Origin: Lepidodermella squamata
Taxonomy: Eukaryota > Animalia > Gastrotricha
DNA: 64,000 bases
Reading direction: 5' to 3'
NCBI GenBank assembly: GCA_047495785.1
Contig: JBLDXI010000033.1
Location: forward strand, 248,001 to 312,000
In this document: in pieces, positions 48,972 through 60,431 of the stretch
Layout of the letters: every line of letters begins with the position of its first letter
Numbering within the stretch: position 1 is the first letter of the stretch
The notes under the pieces: model-generated
Database searches by the model: none
Seen by the model: the letters and a program-made list of their open reading frames with translations, nothing else
Told to the model about the DNA's origin: nothing
Made by a program: the position numbers and the translations under genes

Positions 48972-49798
48972 TTATTCTTTCCTGCAAACTTGGAAACACT
49001 GCTCTATTGTTGAAAATCGGTTTTTGTTTCCACCTTTGCAACCAGGCAAATTACCCTAAAGGATTAACATTTGATATGGAATTTCAATTTCGGTAAGACA
49101 TACTAAATAGGGAAAAGGCCAGCATGTTTGCAACTCTTTGTCGTAGTAGTAGTAGTAGGCTGAACGATCGACCGTGTGCTTCTTTCGACAAGTGCCTTGT
49201 TTTACTGGAAGAAAGCAATCCCGCGGCGTGTTAGCTTCGTCCTCATTCCATTCTTGCAGGCCAGTCTCATCATCGTCGCCATCAATGTCCGGTTTTTGGG
49301 GTAAGCAATTCTTTTCACAATCGCTCTGAGTATCGAAATGATAACTTCTACGCTGACAATACTGAAAATGATTGATTGTTATTTCCTATTCCTCGAGTTT
49401 TAACACTTACAGAACTGTGCTTGCAGGTGTATGAAGCCGGGTCCAAATACCAAGCCGCGCCAAACGCGCATCTTCCCTGAAGCCCGACTTTGCATTTGTC
49501 AGGTATAGGCCGGCACGCTTTAAGACACATGACTTCTGTCTTGAATGCGTTCTGACTAGTCTGCTCGCAGGTCTGTAGATATGTCATCCTCAAAATAGTC
49601 AGAAATGGCAAGATACGGGTGTTAACTCACCGGCTGCTTCTCGCAGTAGCCGAGACTCGGATTGTAACGCCAAGCTGTGCCGGTTAGCTCGCAACTTGAT
49701 TCGTAATCAGGCGTGGTACAGTTGGGAGAAGGCTGACTAGGAATAGCTGCCAACGCTGGGACAAGTCCAACCAACAGAATCGGAGTCAAATAGAACAT
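48972..49798 (-). CDS. Secreted three-domain Kunitz protein (D), recent paralogue of C
   Basis: MFYLTPILLVGLVPALAA signal, same exon structure as C, terminal GNLPGCKGGNKNRFSTIEQCFQVCRKE*. Confidence 0.9.
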
Positions 49799-50138
49799 GA
49801 TTTCGTATTTTTCAATGCGTAATTTAACAGATGTATGGAAACTTTGAAATTTAAGCTTTGGCTGGAAAATTAAAGTGATACTGCTGCGGAATTCCGAATA
49901 AATCAGCAGACAATAAAAATCGGAATCAGAATACAAATAAGCTCTTGATTAGGTCTAAGCAATAAACTGATTCAAGGAAGAATTTTTAACTGTTGTTATC
50001 ACAACTGCTTTGACTAAGCAACCCATATGGACCTGACACCTTGCGCCATAATAAAAAGCAGCATTTTTCAGCCCTAGATTTATTGATATTTTCTGAAACA
50101 GCAAAATAACAAGTTCGAAATTAACTTATGATCAATTT

Positions 50139-51310
50139 TTATTCGTTCCCACTGGGAGACACTCGTTTAAATGCAGATTTCAGGCGAAGTATCAGTTGGC
50201 CCGCGAATCCTGGCCTCAGACTCTGAATAACTGGTGCTATTGCGGCTTCAATTGAAAACATAAGATAGCATGTCTGATGAGCTGCTGCTGATAAATAGTA
50301 CGCCCCTGCCGATTCCCAACATACCACAAGCACCATGGAAATGAACATTGGTACGTGGAACAAACAGAAAACAAAAAATGACGCAATTGACTGTTTTACG
50401 TAGAAAACTTCGCGTCTCTGCCAGTTCTCAATGATACTTTTCGAGAGCCGGGTCCCGTTTGTTGTAGTAGTTATTAGAGTATTGTTTGAATGCTGAGTTC
50501 TGATGCCTCTCAGCTTTTTAAATATTTCCCTGCAGATTACACACTTTAAAACCGAAACTAGTGAAACTACTAATAGACTTACCAGTAGTTGTAAGCAATA
50601 AGAGAACCGGGAATTACCATGGCACATGTTGTGTAGTAGAGCAAAATCAGGAGAGATGAATCATAGGTACCCCAAAGTTTGTGATTGAACGAACCACAAA
50701 TCAACACTTGGCTACCGTTATTCAATCCTGGAACAACGACATACTGCGGGGCGAAAGAATCAAAGGGATAGAATATTACGGTGCTGAATATCAGGAATCC
50801 TATCACTAGAAAAAGCAGCGCCAAAAGAAGAACTTTCTTAGTATTAGCCGGAGCGTTGGAGCTGTTTGAAAGCAGACACAACCGCCTTTCGTAGCTGATG
50901 AGCATAAAAATCCACGTGTTTTGGCAGCCAAGCGCAGACCCAACCCAAGCGATAATATGACAGAGGTAGGGCGGGGCGTCCCAGTAACCGGTTTTTACTG
51001 ATATCCAAATGCCAGCCGTCTGAGATACACTCTGAATGGTTTGAGTTGCTGCTAGAACCGCTGTCAAAATGAAGAAATCACGCCGGACTTGTCTGCCGTA
51101 GAAAACGGCAAGATTAACGGAACTTGTGACAACGATTAAAACGGTCGTTGTTAGGTATAGAATAGGAAAGAGAAGCCTGTCCTCTGGACTCGATCCACCC
51201 AAATTGTGATACCAGCCGGCAAAATAAGGCCGAGGATTAAGACTTCCAAGCCTTGCATCTGCGAGCAGAACCCAAGCATCTGTTAAGAATCGTCTATCAG
51301 TGTAGTTCAT
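50139..51310 (-). CDS. Orphan rhodopsin-like (class A) 7TM GPCR 1, 2 exons (51310-50583, 50529-50139)
   Basis: Seven hydrophobic segments. TM3 Cys (LCHIIAW), ISYERR (DRY-like), ECL2 Cys (LICGSF), FHVP (CWxP-like) and APVIQ (NPxxY-like). Confidence 0.85.
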
Positions 51311-51588
51311 TTTTAAGATTTTAGATTCCCTTGGGTAACGTTGTGCTTTCTAAGACTGTCATCTTAGAGGGCTAATATTAACATTCGACGCACATTTAAT
51401 CACCTTAATACGTCACGAGGATATCGATTTTGAATATTACTAGAATGCAACACTATCATATTTCTGCTTTAGATCGACTGCGTTCTCTCCTCTGGAGTAC
51501 TTCAAGGAAATTAAACACGCAAAATTTCAAGAATAAAAGTCAAAGATCAACTCATATCCTAGCACCATAAATGTTCGAATAGGTTTTA

Positions 51589-52213
51589 TTAGGAAAAAGA
51601 GCTCGATATTAACGATGATTTCAAGGTGAGGGAAAAAATCGAAGTCAGATCGGACTGCCGAAGTTTTAAGGTAGCAATCTTACGCATGACTGCTCGCATT
51701 CGTCTTGCGTTGAGAATCGATTCAGTCCAACGCCGCGACATACCTAAATGAAAGGATTTTTTTCGAAGCGGAGCCATTGAATCTTCTCTCACCTTCATCC
51801 TTCTGCAAGTGTTTGTCAAAGCGTCGAATCGCCATGTTAAATGCATGAGTAGTCGCATGCAAACGAGATCCTTATCTTTCAAGGATCGGCATGAATTAGG
51901 AGTAAGGCGCCGCCCCGCTAGAACACATCTTCTGAAGCATCCGAATTCACCGCTCGCGAACTGACTCAAAGTCACGTTATGGCGCAAGCATGCCTGGCGC
52001 GAATGATAGTGGTCAACAATATCTCATCCAGCCTACAATTACCTGAGTCAGCTTACAGGATCCCAGGTTGTGTTTAAAGCGAGGTTTGTTCGCACAATCA
52101 AAGGACACCAGCTTTTCGCATTGCTCCGGTAGGTCATTCAAATATGCTACCGCAATATTAACTGACGACAAGATTATCACGAACCAAAACAAGTTGAGTG
52201 AATGAGTACCCAT
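51589..52213 (-). CDS. Secreted divergent Kunitz-like protein (E) with a basic C-terminal tail, 2 exons
   Basis: Signal peptide. CEKLVSFDCANKPRFKHNLGSCKLTQ|ACLRH...GCFRRC, then C..C..WRFDALTNTC. A ~49-nt phase-0 intron lies at the same position as in genes A-D. Confidence 0.6.
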
Positions 52214-52395
52214 TCCAAAATATTAATCGCATCAATAAACGAAAACAGCAATTTCACACCTCGTTTCTGCTTCCTACTATATCGCAGCCCCAGAGGCAAA
52301 ACGTTGATAGCAATGGCCGTCACTTAATTTAATTACTATCGGCGTCAAGATGCATCAAATTGTCCCTGGATAAATTATTTTTTGTAAGTGCGTGG

Positions 52396-53587
52396 TCAAA
52401 AATTTCGAGTTCTAGCTGATGAAGGATAGATCTTCCTAGCCATGGCTCGAAGCCAATGGACTAAATCGGTAGTGAAACCGGGCCGCAGACTCTGAATAAG
52501 GGGCGCGAATGCTGTTTCGATTGCGAACAGTAAGTAGCAAGTTTTGTGAGCTGCCGAAGACAAGTATTTTGACCCTATCGTGTCCCATTTAACAACGAAA
52601 ACCATGGAGATGAAAAGCGGGATGTGAAATAGCGCGAAAGCAAAGAAGGAAAACAGGCTCTGCTTTACGTAGAACACCTCTCGCTGTCGCCATGATTGAA
52701 TAAGAGTTTTTTGCTGATTCGACGAATCATTCGTTTGTAAAGTTGAAGCATGGACGGTGCCTTTTACCTTGTTTTTGACTTCTCGCAGTTTTTGCAAAAT
52801 TTTCCTGAAACACACAGCATATATATGAGCCTAATAATAAATGCGATCTTCAGACTTACCAGTAATTATAAGCTATCAATGTAGACGGAACAGCAATCGC
52901 CGTTACTGCGTAGTAAATCATGATAAGAAGGCCTGTATCATAATTGCCGAACAATCTATGATTGAATGAGCCGCACAGCAAAACAGGCGTTCCGTTGTTA
53001 ATGTTATGGACAGATACATACTCTGATACGGCAGAATTGAAAGGATAGAAGACTACAGTCCCAAATAGAAGAAACCCAACCGCTAGAAACAGTAGTGCTA
53101 GTAAAAGAACTTTTTTCGTGTTAGCCGGTGGGTTTGGGCTGTTTGATAGTAGGCATTGTCTCCTTTCATAACTTATCAGCATGACAATCCATGTGTTTTG
53201 GCAGCCAAGTGCCGATCCTACCCATGCTATCACGTGGCAAAGGTAAGGGTTTGCATTCCAATAGCCGGTTCGAACGGGTATCCAAATGCCAACTAATTGG
53301 GAGATGCATTGAACGATTTTCGAAGTCGCTAGTAACGCAGAGAGGACCAAGAAGTCTCGGCGTAGGTGGCGCTTGTAGTAAACAAAAATATTCGCGGTAC
53401 TCGTTATAATCGTCACGATAGCTGTAAACAGATACAGAATGGGAAACAAAAGCCGATCCTGTGGCGTTTTCTTGTCGAGGTCGTGGTACCAACCCACGAA
53501 ATACGGTCTGGGCTCGAGAAACCACCGAGATGGAAGCTCAGCCATGACCCAAGCATCAGACGTGAAGTCGTTATATGAGCTGTTCAT
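52396..53587 (-). CDS. Orphan class-A GPCR 2, 2 exons
   Basis: Paralogue of GPCR 1 (PRPYFVGWYH, LGCQNTW, ISYERR, FHIP, APLIQSLRPGF) with the same intron after YNYW. Confidence 0.85.
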
Positions 53588-54418
53588 ATCAAAACTTTCA
53601 AACACTATCGATAGCCGGTTTTCATCAAATGGCGACCTTCTTTATGACGATCCCAATCATTACTTCTTCCCTATGCTATTATAGTAATTGAACACGGGTC
53701 TCTTGGTTAATTAGGAAAAACTGGCGAAGTGTCATTCGCGCAAAATATGTCTGAGTTCTACATTTTGAGCATTGTCCGCAATATTTTTCAGACTTTTTTG
53801 ATATAATTTCCGACTTATTTCTGGGTTTGGACAGCGTCTGCAACACAGAGACCTAATCTGTTTCAGATGGACTGATGTTTTCAGCAGTCGGCCATCTACA
53901 TTCCACTGAGTTGTCAAACCTTTTCTAACGTTTTTTAAAACCAGAATGGAATCAGAAGTTGCAGGGACATTATTTGGCAAATAAGACCCAAAGCCCAGAA
54001 CAACTCTAGAATTCCGTATTTACCTAAGACCTACCTACGAGACCACATTACAACTGACCCAATACTAACTATTAATCCATACTGATTCGTCGTCTAATTT
54101 TCATCTCCTTGACCACTCTTAAACATGATCCTACCCTCCTGCATGAGTTCTTCGATATCTTGCTTGTGTCATCGATATAGATCCATGCTTGGCCTTGATA
54201 GCTTTGAACCTTTGATGCGATGCCTTAAAATAGGATAAAAAATCCTACTTCTTTTAGTTTCGCTCTGTTGATATTGGTCACTGCTGTCCCTCAAAGCTCC
54301 TTGAGGGCATCACAATCGTTACTTTAAAAGATTGTTGCGTTCATCCACCAATAAAAAATCACAAAATTGCTTTCAATTAGGTAAATACTTCCATTTTGTA
54401 TTAATATCATCACTCATT

Positions 54419-55592
54419 TCAAGGTACCATATTCCGTTCTCTAAGATAGCCAATCACGCGCATTATGTCCACAGTGAATCCTGGCCTCAAACTTTGAATT
54501 ATCGGCGCGATGGCTGTTTCAGCCGAAAATATTAGATAGCTCGCCTTATGAACAGTAGCTGACAAGTAGTATGGCCCTGCGCCGTCCCATGCCGTAATGA
54601 GAGCTATAGAGATGAACAGCGGAATGTGAGATAGCGCAAAAGCAAAAAAGGATGCCAAGGATTGCTTCATGTAGAAAACTTCTCGCTTTTGCCAATTTGT
54701 CAGCAGGGTTGTAGGTTGTTTCTTCGACCTTTTACGCCCACCCGATGAGATAAGATCCTGATTTATAAACTTGCTCTTCACATCTCGCAACTTTTCGAAA
54801 ATCTTCCTGGAATAGAAGAAAATTCCGTAATTTCAAATTCAATAAAATTCGCAAACCAGTAATTGTATGCTATCAACGAGCAAGGTATGATCATTGCAGC
54901 CAAAGCGTAGTACAGCAGTAATAGAAATTGAGTATCAATACTGCCCCATAATTTATGGTCGAAATTGCCGCAAAACAATACAGCAGATCCGTTGTTAACC
55001 CCAGGTAACACAACATATTCCGCCGTCATAGCGTCGAAAGGGTAAATTGAAGTTGTCTCAAAAATAACGAAACCTATTGCGAGGAAACTCAGGGCAAGAA
55101 AAACTACCCGTTTCGTGTTCGCAGGTGGGTTAGGATTATTACAGGTCAAGCAGAGCCGCCTTTCGTAACTTATCAACATGAAAATCCAAGAATTCTGACA
55201 TCCAAGAGCTGTAGCTATCCAGCATATCCCTTGGCATAGGAACTCAGGACCTTCCCAGAAACCTGTCCTCACTGGTACCCAAATGAGAATCGGAAGGAAT
55301 ATGCTTTGGACGACTGTAGATACTGCGTTCATCACAGTGAGAATAAAAAAATCGCGGCGCGCAGTTGTCGCTTCGAGAATATGAACACCATACCGGTATT
55401 AGTGATGATTGCCAGAACTGTGACCGTAAGATATATTATCGGAAATGTAAGTCGCTGCTGAAGGGTTGTAGCGTCCAAGTTATGGAACCAGCCGATGAAG
55501 TAAGGACGAGGTTCAGGGTAGCCTCGTCTCGGACTGGCATGCATCACCCAAGATCCGTAGAGAAAACCGGCTGCTGTAGACGAGTTGTTCAT
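54419..55592 (-). pseudogene. Orphan class-A GPCR 3 with a +2 frameshift (pseudogene or assembly error)
   Basis: At ~55357 the sequence ctg cgc GC cgc gat breaks LRRDFFIL, which is conserved in the paralogues. The rest is intact. Confidence 0.75.
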
Positions 55593-56148
55593 CCGAGTAT
55601 TGAGATCAAAATGTCTTCGAGAGAGTTAGAAAGAGTCAAATCCTCTCTAACGCGTTCCTCGAAAGTCTGGAATTGCTAATTGGAAAATGCGGAGGTTAGC
55701 GTGAAGAAAATCGATCTTGGGTATGGCTAATCAGCAAACTGTAATGCAATTGACGAAAATTAGGATCTGGGAACACGTTGTTAGCGTAGTTGAAGTTCTC
55801 TCAAAAACAATCTAAGCTCACGTAATATTATGCCGAAGAAGCCCACAATAGAAAAATATGTGGCCGCGCATGAAAAGTATTCCCTGCGATGACAGAATTT
55901 GGGGCAGGTAGTTTTGACCTCAGGAAGCCTAAAATAGCCAACGACACGAGTTCCTTCATTGCGTTATCAGAATCATTCAACTTGGAAGTATCCTCAAAAT
56001 CTCGTGATTTTTACAGTTGTCATTTTTCCTAATTTTTCTGACAAGAGGAAGACAAAATTGACGCAAAATCATTTTTATTTCAGTTATAATTTATACTCTA
56101 TTGAGATTGAAATGAGATTGACAAAGAATTGTAAAACACAAGCATAAG

Positions 56149-59100
56149 TCAAAAACTTGTCTCTACGCAATTTGGAAATGGCACCATGTACTTCACGCCT
56201 TTGTACTTCATACAAACAGCTGGGGCGATTATTTGTTCGAGTTTGATGAAGATAAATTCGCCATTGTCGGTAGCTGTTGAATCGACTTTATGAACTTGCA
56301 CTCCTCGGAACAGTTTTCCCGTGAACTTCAAAGCTTTCACATAGGTTTTATCTTGATAGCAGATCAGATACTTCACCTTCGCAAAGGTTTTCGGACCAAT
56401 TTGCAGATAATCTCCAGCGGCAATGCTGATTTTCTTGGCCATGACATTGCAAATACCACGAGTCCATTTTCTTAACACCACTTTTTCATCAATCATCAAA
56501 CTCAAATCCCGGTAAAGATAGTAAGACGAGTAAGTGTTGACAACCGCCTCAGCACCGAGCCCGATCAACTTGGCATTTGAAGACTTGACGACGGTGCCAA
56601 CATGGCGATAGCCATTAGACAAAAGCTGTAGAGCCCATTCCGGAGGGTCTTTCGCAGAAATCAGTAGTTCCATTAGCAACACACGGTCAACACTTTGGAC
56701 CACAACTCCGTTGCCACTGGTAAGGTACCGAACGAGTTGACCGGCCTTGCTCTCGAACCCAAAGGTGCTATACTTGAACAATGGCCCGAAATTTTCAACG
56801 TCCTCGTGCATGTGTTCCGCTTGGTGGACATTCAGCGTACATCGTTCTTCGCCATGAAGAATCGGAAAATCGTGAACGAAGTTTGACATGGAAATTTCGA
56901 CAAAGTTGGCATCGGGATTTGGCTTCAACGCTTCGTACAGCCCAGCAGAAAAATCCATAAAATGCTTGTAAACCTGAGGTTTCAATACATCTTGGAACAA
57001 CACGGGTCCAAAAAACAGAATCATTGCGCGATTTTCGTTGCCGTGAAACATTCCGCGTTGAGCCAGTGATCGGTAGTTTCGCTGATAGCACGAAGGCATG
57101 TTGACTTTGAAGCTTTTTTCAGCTTCTAGAACCTTGGATTCGCCGACATAGCAAGCTTCGATTGATGTATTGTCGAAGTAACTTGCGAACAGGACTCGGA
57201 GAATGCATGAGCACGAGTTGTGAAGGTAGTCGAATGGGAATCTCCAGACCAGGTCAAGGATCTCAGCGATAATTGCCGGGCCATGAACTCCATGATATGG
57301 CACCTTCTTTGTTCCTATCAGCGCATCTGCAATCATCATTTCATGAGTTCGAAGAAGAACGTCAGGTTCGGGTGCGAAGTAGACGGTTGTGCTGTTTTCG
57401 CGCAACTGACCGCAGATGAGGCACCTTGGACAACTGAAGTAACCTAGATAAAAAGAAAATTTCTTCCATCAGAAAAAATAAATGAAAAAATCGGATATAT
57501 ATTGGAAAGAATTAATCGACGAAATATTGGACAATTGTTATTTGTTATGCACGTTTCTAAATTTTTCAAACTTATCAAAACAAATAAACAGCTAATTTGT
57601 ATGATTTTAGAAAATATTCAGCATTAGTAATCCACCGGCAATCGGCTAAAACCAACGTACTTTTTTATGGTTTTATTGCTCCCTGACTACACTATATAGC
57701 ATCAATTAGTACGTGAAAAATCTGTTTGAAAAAATTAAATCAAAAGCACCAAATTAATATGCAAATAAATTGAAAAATAATAGGATGGATATTAAAAATC
57801 AGGAATGATTTACCGTATTTATGCCAACCTTATTCGCTAATTGCTTATCCCTAATAGGAGCCCAGGGTTGAGAAGTCAAGTTGGTTCGAAAACGTTGAAA
57901 ATAAATGATTTACCAAAAATCATGTGTCGATAGGCGAAATTAAAAAAATTTCATGGTTGAAATTTTAGTGGCCCGCGCTGCTATAGGAAAACATTAGGTA
58001 GAAATAATGAATTGGAAATTATTTACTGGGCAAGTATTTAAAACAATTTTATCGATTAACAGATAATGCGCCACCGTTAAATAATTTTTCTTTGAATTGT
58101 AATAGTAAGGTCATCTTTTTTCATATGCAAATGAGATTTTTCAAATTACCTGTTATTTTTCCAGCTTCATTCAAAAAATTTTAAATCACATAAAATCAGG
58201 TGGAAAAAAAACGAAATCACCCGCGTTTAATTGTCATAATTTTCAGAATTTGTTATGTTTCTCTATCCTCAAAAAACATGGTTTGACCGAAATAACAGTA
58301 TTGAAATTTTTACAAAAAATTCACTATAAAATCTCAAACCTGTGGGATAGGCAGAGTTTCGAATTTCCGCCTTTGCCGGACCGTCAACACAGCACAACGG
58401 ACATTGAATCCACGCCACTCTATTGCCGCAATCAAGACCTTTGTTCAACATTTGTTTGATTTCGTTTACAAACGGTCGCAAAACCTGGTTTGCATCAGGG
58501 TGTCCAAAACCCTGGTATATACCAGCCAAGAAATACTGATTGAGCTGATCGAGGCGAAATAGAATATACCAGACACTTCGAATTGCAGATAAATATGGTG
58601 ATACGCCGTCGTAAAAAAAGCTGGTTTCGACTGGTTCGACAACCTCAGGGTGGTTTTTCAGAGCCGTGACAATGCGATCGCTCAGCCCGATGCTCGCGAA
58701 CGATCCGCCCGATTTACATTTCGGACAGCGGCGCCTCATAGCCTTAGAGTTCAGTTTTCGCGGAACCGAATTCTTACATCCACAAATGTAGACTGTTTCG
58801 ACACCCCGCCCGTTTCGATACCAGGGCAGTAGGCGCGATTTTAATTTATGTTTGGTGTTAATTTGAGGAAAGAAATCAGCTCCAGGAAACAACTGCATGA
58901 AAATATCCATTAGAGTTTCCATAGCCACCCAGGATAGTTTGAACCGATTACAATATGCCACCAACATGAATAGCAATGAGCCGAAAGTAATAGAATCGCT
59001 CAATCCGTGAACTACTTCGTCTTTGTGAGGTAAATTGAAGGGGCAAGGGTCTTCTTCCGTATTAGCATCATCGGTAACCAAATCCTCCATACCTGGGTCG

Positions 59101-59348
59101 CAATAGTCATTTGGATCATTGGAATTACCGCCAAGAGTTTCATTATTATTTCCAGAAAATTCGTAATCTTCTTCAACAATTTCCATGTCGTTGTTTGTTG
59201 AGGTGAATTCAGATTCGATTTCGAGCTCACGTTCATCCTCATCTTTTGTTTCTTCCGGAATTGTTTCAAGCAGCAACTGACGACCAGTACGCCAACCTTG
59301 CCGGGTTGTCCGAGGTAGCACTTTTGCCCAGCGGCTTTTGTATCTCAT
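56149..59348 (-). CDS. CMC-EnSpm (CACTA-type) DDE transposase, apparently intact, 2 exons (59348-58340, 57443-56149; 767 aa)
   Basis: Zn-ribbon YICGC..CPKC, FYDGVSPY (D1), VDGPAKA..G|YFSCPRC (D2 and CxxC across an in-frame splice), PFDYLH, NVHQAEH and GPLFKYSTFGFES (E). Confidence 0.9.
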
Positions 59349-60431
59349 GAGTCAGAATGAAAATTATTCTATGAAGAACTTTTGACAATTATTCATCGCG
59401 AAAAAATATGAAAATAAAACCAGAAAATTCCTTGAATATTTCTTAATTTTGAAACAAGATAATTCAAGCCTTTTATAGTTTTTAGTTATCAATCTGGAAA
59501 TAAATTTTATAATAAAAAAATTGTGATTGAAAATGATTAAAAAGTGAACCAAATGACAATGAAAGTGATAGAAATCCGATTTGGGATCACCAGGGTTAAT
59601 TTTATTGGTTGGAAATGTTAATCACCGACGTTTCGATGGTAAAGCATCGCCGTCAGGACTTAGAAATCTAAGAAATCGACTTAGAATTCGAAATTCGATT
59701 TCTAAAAAATTCGAAATTTTTTTAAAATTCGAAATAAATTCGAATAATATAATATGGGAGGGACAAAGACATTCTGAAAAATATTCAAATAATCCCTGTT
59801 ATTATATGATAGAAAAGGAAGAAGAAATAATCGCATTTAACTTTATTATGAAAAAAGTGAAGCAAAGGGAAATTCTAAAGTTCCTTAAAATGTTGTGGGT
59901 TCCAACGTTGATAAAAATTGGATTTTTTAGGAAACTCTAAAAATCTTTAAAGAGCAATATTTGAAAGGAATTAACTGCAAGTCTGTGTGCCAAAAAAGTA
60001 TTGGCGATCAGAGATCAGCGGCTGGATCAGCGGCTTTTCTTACCAGATAAGTAGGAAAAAATAGGAGCTTTCGCAAAAAATAGGGAAAAATCTGTTTTTG
60101 ATTTCTGTGTCCGCAAAGCAAGTATTCCCAGCTGTGTTGCGATTGCTTTTCGTCTGTTGCGCAAATAATTGCCCATTGTGAATTTCATACACACAAGCAG
60201 ACAACCTGATTTACATTTCGCATTTTTTGTTTTTCGTGAGTTTTTTATTTTCCGGGACGAATCAGAATAGTGCGTGCAACCATCGAGTCTTTTAGTTTAT
60301 TGCTCTTCAGATGTTAATTAATAGCGACTTTGCGGCCACCTAGTGGCCATCGTCAGGCTCAGAAATTTATTAGATCGATCGCAGATTTTTCCAATTTTTT
60401 GCTCTGATTTTTGCTTTTATTTTTGCTAGAC

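Noticed and set aside
4975-50290. Hammerhead ribozyme cores (CTGATGA at e.g. 4983, 24945 minus, 50274)
   Set aside because: No correctly spaced GAAA or flanking stems were found, and several lie inside coding exons.
50139-55592. GPCRs as opsins
   Set aside because: Counting back from the TM7 Pro, position 7.43 is Ser or Ala rather than the retinal-binding Lys.
55880-55970. Left TIR of the EnSpm element (ccctgcg at 55882; acgagttc at ~55946)
   Set aside because: Only weak similarity to the candidate right ends (63176, 63280) and no TSD, so the boundaries are left undefined.
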